A DNA stretch of 64,000 nt from positions 80,910,001-80,974,000 of the forward strand of contig NC_043001.1 in assembly GCF_006345805.1 (NCBI RefSeq). Reading direction: 5' to 3'. The stretch is from Octopus sinensis. Lineage: Eukaryota. This document shows, one piece after another, positions 48,637-63,955 of the stretch; positions within the stretch are counted from its first letter, which is position 1, and each line of letters begins with the position of its first letter. The notes beneath the pieces are model-generated. The model did no database searches. It was not told where the DNA came from and saw nothing but the letters and a program-made list of their open reading frames with translations. Both the position numbers and the translations under genes were made by a program.

Positions 48637-50280
48637 AGGAAGCTGGACAGACACCTACAAAACAATAAACTGACACTGTTGTGCAGATATACATACACGC
48701 ACACATGTGCATGCATGCACGCACAGACACTAAGTTACATAGATAAGTGCCCACACACAAACACACACACTGAAGTTTTTATTTGTATAGATACACAACA
48801 TATATACATACACACTCATGTGCACACAGAGAAACCTTTGTTTAGATTCACACACACATACACAGAGGCTTTTAGTTGCATAACACACACACGCACACAC
48901 ACAGAGGCTCTAAGTTGTATAGCTTCATACAGGCATACAGAGGCTCTTAGTTGTATAAACATACACACACAAAAACAGGCACTGTGTTGTATTGGTAGAC
49001 GCACATATACATATGTATGTGTAGCTTCAGAGAGAAAGAGAGATGGGAGATGGATGGAAAGCATGCATATTATTCGAATATAATCTCATACATACAACAT
49101 CGCATTTATATCCAAACTGACAGACACACAGCCATTTAAATACATATACACAGACAAAAAACAAAAACATAAATGCCTCGCATAATATGGTCACCTTGCC
49201 CCTGTATCTATGTCACTATGTAATGTTTGTATCAAGATATTGTCACATTGATCAACGATGACTGTCACTAAAACTTACAGACAGATAGACAGTGTAGGTG
49301 GAGCTGGGTGGGATATGAGCAGTCCCGGCTGTCTAGGACATTCCTAATAGATCACTTTTTCCTCACCTCTCCCCTACCATGATTGTGTCCCCTTCTTTTT
49401 TCTTTATTGTCTCCCCTTCTTTCTTTTCTTTATTGTCTCCCCTTTCTTTTCTTCATTGTCTTTTTTTCATTACTTATTCCCCTTCCATTTACCCAATAAC
49501 AACACAGACATTATTCAGCCCAGGCTATATTTATTGTCCAGGGTCTGCAAGTCTTTGTATTGCTTCTGCTTAGTCCAGTTCTTTTGTGATGTCATGTCCT
49601 GCTGTCATTTTCTATTGTCCATTGGTTAGATAACTTTGTTGGAGGTGTGGGAGGGCAAGATTTCCCTGGACTCAACTCTGCTCTCATTTGGTCAGGACTG
49701 ATCCAGTCTTTGCTCTGTTGTTCATCCTCTCCAAAACAGTTTTTGTTAGTTCTCACAACCACACATACTCTCTCTCTGCTTGTTTCCCTCTCTGTGTACT
49801 TCTCTCTCCCTGCTCTTTTCTTTTATCTCACTGTTTATCTGCTGTTTTCTTCTCTTTGTCTTCTTCCGTAATTCCTTTGTTATAATGTCCAATTATCAAA
49901 TGGTTGCAACCCAAACACACACATACAAACACAATCCATCCATCCATCATCTTATTTTTCTCTCTCTCATGGCATGCCCTCCACTATTATCATACTGCTT
50001 TCTATGAATAACTATACCATTGTTATCCCATTGGCTTCATTGGTCAGACAATTTGGCTTTGGTGCCATGGTGTATGTATGCAGTCAACTACTTTTATCTA
50101 CAATCATCAGCGCCCTTTTTGCAGCTCCATCACCACTACCACTATGACCAGTAGTTAATGTAATGGGTTGCAATCACTCCCTTGATTATTATGCAATTAT
50201 TATAGTTAATACTACTACTGTCATCATTATTAGTATTGTTGCTGCTGCAGCTTGTACTACCAATATCAATGCTGCTGCTG

Positions 50281-50311
<31 letters not shown>

Positions 50312-51544
50312 CATGAGTGCTCCAACTGTCACTACTACCACTGCTACAATCACCACCATCATCATAACCATTGTTGTTACTACTGTTACCGTAGTGACCA
50401 TCAACACCCATGGTCACTGCATATTACTAATATTAATACTGAGCACCATTGTCAGTGCTTCCTTTATCACCACCACTCCAACTACAATTAAACCCATTTC
50501 ACAATCATTACTGCCAATCCTACCATAACTGCCACCATTGCTATCATGATTATTATTGACCTTCGTACTATCACTGCCACCAGATTATCTTTTAATAGCT
50601 ATTTACTCCATGCTTATTTTGGTTTCCAGAAACTTTCTTGTGCAGACATGAGGTTTTGAGTTCAATTCCACTGCATGACAGCAAGTGTCTTCAACTGTGG
50701 TCTTGGATTAACGAATGCCTTGTGAGTGAATTTAGTTGACAGGAACTGTGTAGAAGCCCATCATATAGTTATATGCATGTGTTTGTGTGTGCTAGTCATT
50801 CGACTGCTTAACGTTTGGTGTTGGCTTGTTTACTTTCCCATAACTTAATAGTTTGATAAAAGACACTGATAGAATAAGTAACACTTTTCAAGATGGTGCC
50901 AGTGTCAAGTACACTCTGTAAAATGTTTCTGTTAAAATGGCATCCCTCTGTAGAAACCATGGCAAAACAGACTTTGGTTTTCAATGCTGCCTCCAGGGTT
51001 TATGATCCTCATTAGACTGCAAGCTAGCATGAAGTACCAAATGTTAAAAGATGGTGATGATTATATATGCAAATATGTGTCTGTATTTCTATGTGTAGGT
51101 TTGCATTTCTTCTTTACTACTACTACTACTACTACTGCTACTGCTACTACTACTACTACTACTACTACTACTAGCAGCTCTGAGAGTTCCTACTGTTATT
51201 ACCAACAATTAAGCTAGTCATATTGTTTAGCAGTATTTCTTCCAATTCTTTACATTCTGGGTACAAATCGTGCTGAGGTTGACTTTGTCTTTCAAAAATA
51301 TATATAGATACACACACACAGGGCTTCTTTCACTTTCCATCTTCTAGATCCACTCACGATGCTTTAGTCAGCCTGGGGCTATAGTAGAAGACACTTATCC
51401 AAGGAGCCATGCAATGTGCCTGAACCCAAAACCATGTGGTTGGGAATCAAACGCTTTACTATGCATGAATATGTAAGTGAATGTATGTATGCATATGTGT
51501 GTGAGTGTATGTGTGTGTGTGTGTGTGTGTGTGAATAAGTGCAT

Positions 51545-51578
<34 letters not shown>

Positions 51579-54150
51579 GTAAGTGCATAAGTGCATAAAT
51601 ATATATGGGCTTGTGTGTATGTATAAATATAGGCACACACATATATATAGATAAGTGCACATATATATGTGCTTGTGTGTTTGTATAAATACACACACAC
51701 ATGCAAACATCCTTATTTTTATTTATCCACACACATGTACATGTGTATGAAAGGATAGGCTACATCCCAATTATATTGATATTCATGCTAATTACGTATA
51801 TGGGTCATAACTGCCGCAGAATAGATGGGACAGATTTACTTTTATCCTTATTTCTTTGGCACCTCCCACTGTATCTAGTTTCAAATTCCAGTCTATCCTC
51901 TCCCCACTCAACCACTTGTCTGTCTTTGACACCCTCCAATAATTTATTCTTTTCCCAATACGTGCGTGTGCACACACACACGCACACACATACACACAGG
52001 TACACTCACTCACACATATATACAAATATATTCATGTATATATATATATATATGTACACAAATGCACACACACAAATGCATGTATACACACACACATATA
52101 TGTATAAACACACACATACATATGAGTGTATGTGGTATATATCTGTATGTGTGTGTGTATATCTATATATTTATTCACAAACACACACATATGCTCACAT
52201 GCACACATATATACGAATACAACCAATTCTTATGAAACTGATCTCTCTTTTATTGTCCTATTTATTTCCACTACCCTGTAGTTTTTGGTGACGTTTCTGT
52301 CGGAGCTTCTATCACTCTGGACCAATAATTTGTAATCAACCTCAATGATAACGATACTCATGGTTTCTAATTTCTCCACAAGCTGACCTTTACCCATCAA
52401 GTTGGAGGACATTTGTCTTGGTGGTGGTGGTGGTGGTCGTGGTGGTCGTGGTGGCTGCTTGCAGTGTCATACTTGTCTTCTGACTGGCTCACTGTCTTCT
52501 AGCTAAGTTAGTTGCTCGTTAGTGTTATTTAAGCACTGAAAATAATTAGGAAATTGAAAGTGGTTGTTCATTATCTGTTTATGTATATGTGTTTGTATGT
52601 ATGTGTATACTTGTGTATATTATATATGTGTAGGTATTTATGTGTATATGTATGTATTCTTTTATTATTTTCTTGTTTCAGTCATTTGACTGTGGCCATA
52701 CTGGAGCACTGCCTTATGTGTATGAATATATTTATCGGTGTATGTGTGTGTGTGTATATGTTTATTTATAAGTGTATATATTACTCTAGGTGATATTTGG
52801 TTAATAACTGATGAGTAATTGAGCATGTCTGCATCTGTTGTGTGTTTTCCTGTTATTCCACATAATCTTTTGTTGTTCTCTTGTGGCAGATTTTTATGGT
52901 GTGTGTGTGTGTCATTACACCAACACTAGTGAAGTTCTTGTCCTCTGCAAGACTAAAGAAAACTGTCTATTTCACATTATCTCTCTCTCTCTCTCTCTCA
53001 CTGCTCCTACACACATGCATTCACACAATTGTATTTTTAAGTGCCTTTGTGTATGAAGGGTAAAGTTGGTTTGCACAAGATTTAAATGAGGAAATGTGGA
53101 GGTATATATCATTAGATACCACAAAACATTGTGATTAGTGTTCTGCTGATTCTGCTATCATTTGCCCTTAATAATGATAAAGATGACATAACAACAACAA
53201 AAATGACAACTACAACAACAACAAGGTATATTTTCAACTGGAACAGTCACAGAATCTATAATAAAGATCTCACTTTATAAGGTTCTCCTTTCTTCCCATC
53301 CTATGGAATAATAAATTTTGGTGGTTGTTGTTGTTGTTGTTGATGGTGGTGGTGGTGGTGGGGAACAGTGATGTTGACGGGATGAGGAAGAAAGTTAATG
53401 CTTTAAAAAAAGCGGCAAAAGCAAAAAAAAATCTTAGAGATAAGAACACCCCTATCCATCACCCCCACCCACCCTGCCCGTTTAACTCTTCTACCACTTA
53501 CTTATTCCATGCTAGAATTATTCCGCAGAGTGATACTGGGAATGCTTCGGAAGACTCCCACCCCATCCCACCCGCTGTGTTCCCCTCCCTAGCAGCCTTC
53601 TCTCATGTACTTCACTCATCTTTAGTTTGCATCCTTCCATTTATGCATTTATGTACCAGGATAGATATAACATATTTATATATACCCACATACACACACA
53701 CACACACACTCACACACCATGTTATCTATCCTGTTGTTCATTCATCCATTTATTTTTCAACCTGGCACACATATACTCTGGCTGTTGTTATGTTATATAT
53801 GCAAACATGTATATACACTCACACATGCATGTGTACGTAAACACACACATGCACTCGCATAACCAGGTAGTTGTTAATACACAAATACATGTATATATAC
53901 ACATGCATGCACCCATTGCGTTATCTATCTGTCTGTTCATCCAGTCAAACATCCACTCTTCAATCCAACTTAGATGTGTGTGCATGGGTATATACACGCA
54001 GTTTTACACAAATGCACACAATATGCAATTTTGCACAAATATATATATATATATGTATACACACACACATACACACACAATGTGTGTCTGCGCTATGTAT
54101 CTGTGTATATATATACATATATATGTACGCAGTGTATGTATGCATGTATG

Positions 54151-54188
<38 letters not shown>

Positions 54189-54750
54189 TAGATTTTCACA
54201 AAAAACATGCACACACACACACACACACATGCACACATATACAACTGTATACAAATATCCACAATTCTAACACTCTATGGCACCAGATGTGTTTCTGAGT
54301 CTATTTTCTTTTGAATCATTTTCCTTTCCTCAGACAATTCTATGTTGTTTCTCAGTCTTCATGCTGCTGCTGTTGTTGTTCATAATTTCCTGTATTTTAT
54401 TTATTTATTTATTTATTCCATATTATTGTGTATTTCTTTCATTTGATTTGCTATATTGTTTTTAGTTGCTCTTTTTTTACCTTTCTGTCATATCTTTTAT
54501 TTCTGGTTTGTGTTTTTGTGTATGCATGTGTTCATGTGTATGTATGTACATATTTTTCTCTGTGTGTGTGTGTGTGGTGTGTGTGTGTGTGTGTGTGCAT
54601 GTATATACATGTGTTCATGTATGTGTGTTTATATATGCATATGTGTGTCTGTATATATGCATGTGTGTATGCTTAATTGCTTTTGTGTTTGTCTGTTCAT
54701 GTGTGTATGTGGTAATTTATGCATATACATATGTTCATGTGTGTGTGTTC

Positions 54751-54784
<34 letters not shown>

Positions 54785-56193
54785 TTGTGTATGTATGTTT
54801 GTACATATACATAGAGAGAATGAGATGAATACATGTATATCTTTATGTGTGAGTGTGTGGCTGTATATATATTTGGGTGAGTACATGTATTTGTATGTGT
54901 GTGTATATGGCTGTATGTATACGAATGGGTTTTCCTTGTACAACTTTATTTTCACATATTATATTATCGCATTCTTCCTTTTTGCATATTTAAAAACAAT
55001 AATATGACTTCTTGATTCTAATCCAGTCTTTGATTCTGGTTGTTGTTTTGTTTGTGCAAATGCATATGTGCATATACATTTGTAAATGGGCATAAAACAA
55101 TGAAGATAATAATGTGTATATGTATGTGCATTCATATATATACACACACATTTAAAGTTAGATGAAAAAAGGATGTCATCATTGGTGGATGTTAATGTGG
55201 AATTGATAGCAATTGTTTGTGATTATAATGCTGGTAATGATTTTGATGATGGTGGTGATGATGTTGATGTGGATGATGTCTTGCTTTGTGGTGGTGGTGG
55301 TGGTGGTGGTGGTATTAATGGTGATAGTGGTGATGTTGTTGATGATGCCATGCATAGTGGTGGTGTTGGTAATGTGGGTGATACTGTGTGTTCTGGTGCT
55401 GGTGGTGGTGATGGTGCTGCTGCTTGCAGTGTTAATGATGCCATGCATGGCGATGGTGATGTTGACGATGCCATGCATGATGGTCATGATGGCAGCGGCA
55501 CTGTTGGTAGTGATGTTGATTGAGGTGTGTGTGCAGGGTTGAGCGGGGTGCTCCTCTGTTGTGTCATTGATAATGTAATGTATAAACGGTAATAGTGATG
55601 CTAGCAGTTTTTGGAAATGATAATGTAACTTCACAGTGTTGTTGTTGTTGTTGGCGGCGGTAGTGTTGATGGTGGTGGTGGTGGTGGCAGTGGTTTATGA
55701 TGGTGCGGTTCTATGGCCGTCGTCGTTGTCATCGTGATGACAGCGAAAATAGGGACATATGTGTTAGAGATAGAGATGAATACGATGGTGCCATGCCACT
55801 GAGTAGTAAATACGATGGTAATGATGCTGCTTGTCTTCGGTTTGGTCGGGGCGGCATGTGGTGGTATTGATGATAATGGTGAGAGTTGTGGTGCCGCCAA
55901 CGGTGAAGCTGGATATGGATGGGATGTGGGTGTTAATAGGTGATGGTGGCAGTGTAAATTGAAAGAATAATGCACATTTTCAGTAATAGTTTTCCTTTGA
56001 AGTGTGTTGCATCTTCTGTGTGCATATGCACACTCATGCATGTGTGTGAACACATACACTATCAATTACCATGAAACATATGCACAATATCTCCTATTAT
56101 AGATATGTGATCACCCATACAGACTTATAAACACGTGTGACTGTACGTGCTCATATGTGCGCTATTTGTGTCTGTATATTATGTTTGTATATT

Positions 56194-56231
<38 letters not shown>

Positions 56232-56339
56232 GATTTATGCATTGTGTGTGTATATATTTGTGTGTATATATCCATTTATATATTTATATATAGACATGTA
56301 TTTTGTATGTGTATTTATATATATGAATATATGTGTATG

Positions 56340-56434
56340 TGTCTATGTGTATATATATGTATATATAAGTATATAAATGTGTACGTGTCTGTGTATATAT
56401 ATATGTATATATAAGTATATAAATGTGTATGCGA

Positions 56435-56473
<39 letters not shown>

Positions 56474-56589
56474 TATGTAAGTGTATGTGTGTGTGTCTAG
56501 TGTGTGTATATATGTATATATAAGTATATAAATGTGTACGTGTCTGTGTATATATATATGTATATATAAGTATATAAATGTGTATGCGA

Positions 56590-56628
<39 letters not shown>

Positions 56629-56700
56629 TATGTAAGTGTATGTGTGTGTGTGTGTCTAGTGTGTGTATATATGTATGTATATATCCGTGTTTGAGCATGT
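56340..56700. repeat. Compound TA-rich higher-order repeat (two ~155-bp units built of ~37-bp subunits)
   Basis: TATATAAGTATATAAATGTGTA(C/T)G repeated four times; GCATATGTAAGTGTATGTGTG..TCTAG twice. Confidence 0.75.
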
Positions 56701-58331
56701 GTATGCTTACATCTTCTGTTACACATATATGATCGTGCATACAGTTTCATAAACATAAACGACTGTGTGCACATGTGTATATTTGTGTGTGTGTGTGTGT
56801 GTATTATAGATATATAATCACTCATACAGACATGACTGTATGAGTGAGTAAGTGAACATATGGGTCTGTATGTATGTATGTATGTGTGTGTCTTTGTGTA
56901 TGCATGTTTATTCTGGTTATGCTATTTGACTATAAGCACATCTTCATATGCACACATCAATGCATAGACTGTCTCTAGAACTAGAACGAAGATTGTGTGA
57001 CTTACATGCAATTGTAGATGCACACACATGCACATGTCTATGCTCTTTCCTTTCTCTGTCTTTCACACACACACTTATACACGATAAACTCACTAACAGT
57101 GATACATATACATACATTGTCTCATAAATGCATATTGCCACCCCCACTCTCCCACACATTTATATTCACTTACATGCACACACTCTTGCACTTAGCTTCA
57201 AGAGCAATGGACTGCTGTTACTGCTAAGTGTTTGCAAGAGTTATACACAAAAGCAGTTCCTTATATGGTCATTTTGAAATTTACCATAATGAGGGATCCC
57301 CACCCACCTGCAAATCACTGCAGTGAACCCCTCACCCTCAGTGTAACATACATAGTGTTATGTTTTCTGTTGTGCTAGTGGTGGTGGGTCACTTGTAGAA
57401 TGGTTCTCTCTGAGTAGTTTAGAATTAGTACTTAGTAAATTACAAATAAACACTCTATGTATTCTTTAACCTTTCAACATTTAAACTGGCTATATCAAGC
57501 CCAAATATTCTACCTGTTTTATGTTAAAACCAGGCAGATTGAGCTTCTCACACCTATGCTACAATGCCATTTTAAGACTAACCAATCATGTCATAAAAAG
57601 CTCGCAGTACCCTCTGTAAAATGGTTGGAATTAGGAAGGGTATCCAGCCATAGAAATCATGCCAAAACAGACAAATGAAGCCCAAGCAACTCTTCAGCTG
57701 GCCAGCCCCTATCAAATCATCCAACCCATGCCAGCATGGAAAATGGATCTGAAATTATGAGGAGGAGGATGGTGATATAAATAAGCATGTATTTATCACT
57801 GTCTTGACTAAACTATCAAATGTTGTTATACACTGCTGGTTACAATGCACTTCCTTGCATTTTAGCTTTCAGATGATTCCATCTGAATGGGATTCCAGAT
57901 TATCACAGAGTTAAACATAAACAGCTGATCGGACTGAAGCAGCATGAAATGAAAGAACACAATACACCACCTGGTCTGGGATTTGAAACCATGATCTTGT
58001 GATTGTGAGTGCAGCTCCCTAGCCACAATGCAACAAACCTTCACTGTATGTGTGTGTGTGTGTATGTGACTCTTCATGCAACCAAATGTATATTTTTTTT
58101 AAGGTAGAAGTCCATGTCCTATACGTCACATATGTGTGTGAGCGTGTGCATGTATGTGTATGTATGCTTGTGTCTATTTCTAGTTAGTACTTTGTTTATA
58201 TATTTTCTCTATTACTAATAAATCAAATAGGAATGGTGGTGTTAGTTGTGATGGTCAGCACATTGTTACTTCATTTCTTTTTTAATTATTAAGGTTCTGT
58301 ATCTTATGTATGTATGTGTGTATGTATGCAT

Positions 58332-58470
58332 ATGCTTGTGTCTCATGTATGTATATGCTTGTGTCTCATGTATGTATATGCTTGTGTCACATGTATGTAT
58401 ATGCTTGTGTCTCATGTATGTATATGCTTGTGTCTCATGTATGTATATGCTTGTGTCTCATGTATGTGTA
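58332..58470. repeat. 23-bp minisatellite, ~6 units
   Basis: ATGCTTGTGTCTCATGTATGTAT repeated. Confidence 0.85.
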
Positions 58471-59544
58471 TGCTATGTGTAAGTATATATGTATACTTGG
58501 GTATCTTGTTTGAGTTTGTATGTATGTCATGTGTACATGTATGTATACACTTGTATGCACATGTATGTTTACTTGTGCAGCTTATATGTGTGTATGTATG
58601 TCTTGTGTACATGCACATGAATACTTGTATGTATGTGTATGTATATATGTATATGCCATTGTGTGGTAAGCCCTTGTGAATCTGTCATCACAAGAACACC
58701 CTGCAACTCACCAATTAGTTGCAGTAAATATTTGATTAAAGCCTTTCTCTTACTGTATCATTAATATTTCACCACACATCATTTTTTTATTCTTTGACCT
58801 GAAAATGCAGTGGTAGTGACAGTAGTGTTGATTGTGGTTGTTGTGGTGGCAGTGTAACTGTGGTGGTGGTGATAGTGATGCTGGTGGCTTGTTAGTTAGT
58901 AGCTAGGGCCATGATGGTAGTAGTGGTGGCAGCAGTTACGGTGGTGATGGTCAAACAGCATTTGGTAACAGATGTTGCTGTTTAGCCCCAGCTCATCCCC
59001 TCATTAAGTAAATTTATAATGAAATTCCACTCATGACCATCATGTCTTTCTTCCTTTCCTATGTGCAAGGAGTCCGGCACTATATTCTCCTTGTGTCCTT
59101 ATTTAAAGAGTGAAGTGTCATCTAAATACAAATTCGCTGCTATTTCTAGCAAATCACCTGACCGTAGTTTCTTCATTGGCTCATTGTGTAATATTGGTTT
59201 CAAATTTTGGTACAAAGCTAGCAGTTTTCCAACCAGGGCTAAGTCAATTACATCAACACCAGTGCTCAACTGGTACTTATTTTATCTTGTAACTTTGAGA
59301 TTTTGATAATGTGATTGTTTATCATATTTTCTGGTATACAAGTTGAATCTTTCAGACCAAAATTTACTGCCAAAATAGGGCAAGTCAACTTATACACCAA
59401 AACGACTTCAGAAAACCAAAAATTCCGTGTGAAATGTAGCAGGATTTGGAAAGATAATGTTTGAATGTTTACAATATATGTTTATGCTATATTTTTAGAG
59501 CATCATTGCTGGGTAGGTGTGCAAGGCCAGATATGGCTAGTTTG

Positions 59545-59730
59545 ATCATTTAGCATTCAGATTACTCTCTCATATGTAATGCTTATTTATTTGTATTGTT
59601 TTGAATTAATCATGCATTATCTTATAGCTTCAAGATTTATATGATGTACTGTTTATTTTTAGAATGTCATTGTAGGGTAGGTGTGAGAGGCCAGATCTGG
59701 CTGGTTCGAACATAATATGGGATGAATATG
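59545..59730 (-). mobile_element. TTAA MITE, family of 6984-7197, ~150 bp upstream of the plexin exon
   Basis: TAGCATTCAGATTACT...ATTGTAGGGTAGGTGTGAGAGGCCAGATCTGGCTGGTT. Confidence 0.6.
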
Positions 59731-59883
59731 ACTGGTACTATTTTTATCAGGCTGAGTGGTCCCATAGTGGCTCCCCAGTGTTTATGTTGGTGATAATGAG
59801 ATAGTGGTGGCTTCCATATTATTTACTAAAAGTTGTTAATTGTTTGATTTGTTTTTCTTTCATGTTGTCCCTTTATTTTGCAG

Positions 59884-60012
59884 GTGTCCATTGAGTCAAG
59901 CCACTCTGCCATGCCTTACGAGACTATTCATGTGGCCCCTGACCAAAGGATCTTTCCTGATCTCTACTTTGATTTGGATAAGGAGCATTTGTACGCCATG
60001 ACCCCTAATAAG
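59884..60012 (+). CDS. Internal exon of a plexin-family gene (end of Sema domain, blade 7; plexin-B-like)
   Basis: Polypyrimidine tract + TTGCAG acceptor (59841-59883), AAG|GTAGGT donor, 129 bp = 43 codons, phase 0/0: VSIESSHSAMPYETIHVAPDQRIFPDLYFDLDKEHLYAMTPNK. From memory it resembles plexin-B2 '[32 protein letters not shown]' and the equivalent short plexin-A exon. Subclass not certain. Confidence 0.8.
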
Positions 60013-60399
60013 GTAGGTCTATCTCATTTTACTCATTATTTAACAGTTACCTTTCTTGCCTTTTCTTTTACATTTTTCTTATAGTTGCTTTGCAAGTTTG
60101 TACACACACACACACGCACACATACATAAAAAGGTGCAGGCATAGCTGTGTTTTTAAGAAGTTTCCCAACCACATGGTTTCAGGTGCAGTCCCACTATGC
60201 AGTGCCTTTGGCAAGTATCTTCTACTATAAGCCCCAGACCAATCAAACCTTTATGAGTGGATTTAGTTGTCCAATGATATTTAACATCTTTGCATATACT
60301 TGAATATGATAAAGTATGCATTGCTTTGAGAGAAAAAAATTCTCCTTATAGACAATATGTGTGAATATCATCAATAGACTGGGGAAGCATGTATTACAG

Positions 60400-60665
60400 T
60401 GCTTGAGTGTTATCAGCAACTGATACAGAGCGGTCATTTTTGGCCAGATATTTCTACCATTATCAGTGCACATTTTTACTGCAACATTCATTGTCTTTTT
60501 TGAGCCAGATGTAATGCTTTTGTTTCTCATTAGTTTCTGCCAATTTTCTGACAACTTTGTTTGTATTACTTTACAGTAAGACCAAGACTCATAAGCATTG
60601 AATAAAACCTGGTTCCAACGAATTCTGTAACACATGTCTTTACAGGAAGGCATATTGCTTCCCAT
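60400..60665 (-). mobile_element. Ancient RTE-like LINE ORF2 C-terminal remnant
   Basis: VLFNAYESWSYCKVIQTKLSENWQKLMRNKSIT resembles the RTE motif VLTYGCETWSLTKAIEKKL...MERSMLGIT (recalled consensus). Highly decayed. Confidence 0.35.
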
Positions 60666-60941
60666 CCGTTGTTTTCATAGAGTTCAACTCACTTCAGTTC
60701 CTGAGGGAAGCATCTCCAGTGTTTGCTTCTCTGGGAACTGTCAGCTCTACCATCATTACTGACTTCATTGGAGTTACTTTAGTTATAGCAAGTTAGAATA
60801 TATAAATATTAACCATTTATATAATCTATTACAAGCATTTGCTGGATGTTGCAGGTACAGTACTGGGCCAATTATCCAGCAAGCATGAGACTAGAAGTGC
60901 TCCTGATTTCTGAATTTTCTGTTTTTCTGGAGACAGTTTAA

Positions 60942-61162
60942 CCCTTTCATTACTAACCCGGCCAAAACCGGCTCTGGCTCTGTAGTACAAATGTCTTGTT
61001 TTCATAAGTTTTGCATCGAAATATACCACCAAATATCAGTTGCAATTTATATTCCTAACACTAGCTGAATGATAAATGAGTTATTTTACTAAATTCTTTG
61101 TTATATTTAAAATAATTGAAAGAAACACAGAGCATCTCAAAATAAATACAGTAACGAAAGGG
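60942..61162 (+). mobile_element. TTAA-flanked piggyBac-like MITE, complete
   Basis: TTAA|CCCTTTCATTAC...GTAACGAAAGGG|TTAA: 12-bp TIR with 1 mismatch, 221 bp. Reverse copy at ~11330-11543. Confidence 0.85.
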
Positions 61163-63478
61163 TTAAATATGTACTTAAAATATAAAATACTCATAAGTTA
61201 TGAAAAGTAAAGAGCTAAATTGAATTTAACAGATTCAGATTAATACACTTCTAAAACAGGATCTGTTTGACGTTTATTAATCCATTTCAAATTCTTAAAA
61301 TATATATTACTGTATCATGTATATAGTGTAATGTTTACAAGATGAAAATTAAATGAAGAAAAGTAAAGAACATGATTTTATTTAACAGATACAAACACAA
61401 ATTAATACCATTCTAAAGCAGAGTATGTTTAATCTCTATCAATCCACTTTAAAAAGTAAAGAACAAATCTACTTTATTACATTACATGCAAATTAGCCAA
61501 CTTCAAAAACAGGGTCTCTTTACTCAATATATGGTACAGTATATTGTGTGATACTGCTCAATATTTAGAGATTTCTGGAAGCTGGATAAGAGGTCCCATA
61601 CTGTAATATCATTTCAGGTGGTTATTATGAATTTCGGTGTAGGTATTCCACATTATGCATGTGACTAGCTGTGGTGTTGCTTACTTACTAGAAAAAGATG
61701 GGGTGGGCGTTAGTACTACCACCACTTCCACTACTACTACTACTACTACTACTTTATTGCCTACATGTCAGCTGCAGATTATGATTTGATGGATGGAGTC
61801 CTAAATAGTGCTGGGGACATTTTTAACACTCTTGCTACTGCGGCTATCAAAGCTCCTGGCATGCAGCTGTCTCTGATTATGATGTGTGTGCATGCATGCG
61901 CATGTGTGTGTGTGTGGGGGGGGGGTCTGTCTTTATTAGAGTTGTTGTTGTTGTTTGTGTTGTACTTTCATATGAAGACCATATAGTGGCCATTTTGTTT
62001 TGCCTGCAACAGACATAGCAATGGTTGTTTGTGATTAATCGTGGTGATAGATGGATAGAGATGATGAAAGAGGCAATGGTGGTGGCAGCTGATACTAGTG
62101 ATGGTGGTTGTACCGTTGTATTTGCTTGTAGGGGATAGTAATGGTAGTAGTGATGGTTCTAGTGGACAGTGATGGTGGTAGTAGTGGGTTGTAGTGGATG
62201 GTGATGCTAGAGGTAGTGGATGGTGATGGTAGTGGTCATTGTAGTGGACTGTTGTGGTGTCAGTAGTAGTAACGGTGGTGGTGGTAGTAGTAGTAGTAGT
62301 AAGTTTGCTAGTGGTGGTGGGAGTCACGGCAATAGCAGCAGCAGCTGCAAGAATGACAATTGTAAAACAGAGAGGTGTGTTCCACTCTTCATTTCTCTTT
62401 CACATCTACAGCCCTCATGACATTTTTATTTTAGCAGTCACTTCACCCCTACCCTACATAATTTCTAAAGATGATAACAAGAACAACAACACTTATAATA
62501 AGCCTATGGCACCAGCACCAAGCACAGTTAATAGTTGACCAGCATTTTCATTTATATATATCTGTGTATTTGTATGTGTGTGTGTGTGTGTGTATTTCTA
62601 GTTTACCTTCATCTTCCCCTGAGGCATCTTATACAATTTGTGTCCACCTTTCCTTGTGGAAACCATGATCCATGGAGTGATGGGCATGTGTGGAGGGGAG
62701 TGACGAAGGTATTGAAGAAGTTGTTGGATGATTGTGGTTGGCAGTTGAGTCCCTGGGCGGAGGCTGCTTATATGTTTGTGTCTGAGAAATGGAGTGTGAT
62801 GAAAGATAGTAAATAAGAAAGTTTTGAGAGATAGGGAGAGAGCACAAGTAGGAAAAACTGAAATGTGTTAGAGAAATAAGGGGCTTTTGCTGGCATTTGT
62901 GTGCGTGTATCTTTCTGAGTCTTTGTGTGTATGTATGTATGTCTCTCTTTGTGTGCATCTGTGCACGTGTGTGTATTTCTGCATGCATCTGTATGTGTGT
63001 GCATGTGTATGTGTGAAACTGTTGACAGAACATGAAAGCTGCAGATATTAATATGTGAAGTGGGATGTGGGAATGGAGTGCTGTAGGTAGGTAGGTAGGT
63101 TGGTTGGTTGATAGTAGGGGTAATGTGTATGAAGCAGAAACAGAGAAGAAATGACCACTGGCTCGTAAAAGTTCTGATAGGATGTGGGCATGGTGTGTGT
63201 GTGTGTGTGTGTGTGTGTAGGAGGGATGGTAAACTGTCCAGAATAGTGGCAAGGATAGTAAGGGATAGGATAAGGGTCAGGTGAATGGTGGATCGTTCTA
63301 ATGTTCAAGGGAAAAGATATATTAAGTTTGAAGAAGAAAGGAGGAAATAAAAAATGAGTGGGAAGAGGAGGGGTGGGGAAAGGAGGAAGAAGAGGAAAAC
63401 AAATCTTTTTGTATGTGCGTGTATTTCCAAGGATTGAAAATACAGAAGCACTTATACCCATACATACATACTATATAT

Positions 63479-63523
<45 letters not shown>

Positions 63524-63529
63524 CACACA

Positions 63530-63575
<46 letters not shown>

Positions 63576-63604
63576 GTATGTATGTATGGGTATAAGTGCT
63601 TCTG

Positions 63605-63955
63605 TATTTCTGCCACTGAGGTTTACTTTGCTTTTCATAGTTTCAGGGTTGATGAAGTAAGTACCAGTTGAGCTCTGAAGTTGATGTAATCAACTTACAT
63701 GCTGCTCTGAACTTGCTGGCGATGTGCCAAAATATGAAACCATTATTATTAGGGTGGTGAGCTGATAGCATCATTAGCATGTTGGACAAAATACTTAGCA
63801 GTATTTTATTAGCCTATATGTTTTGAGTTCAAATTCTACTGAGGTCGACTTTCCCTTTCATACTTTCAGGGTTCATAGAATAAGTACCAGTTGCATTCTG
63901 GGCCAGCACCCTCCCACTAAATTTCAGGGCTTGTACTTATAGTAGAAAGGATTAT
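63605..63955 (+). mobile_element. Two copies of the same SINE family
   Basis: GAGGTCGACTTTCCCTTTCATACTTTCAGGG...AAGTACCAGTTG. Confidence 0.75.

Noticed and set aside
53627-55007. Long ORFs of CV/YI/HT dipeptides
   Set aside because: Translations of (TG)n, (TA)n and (CA)n microsatellites; likewise most other ORFs in the track.
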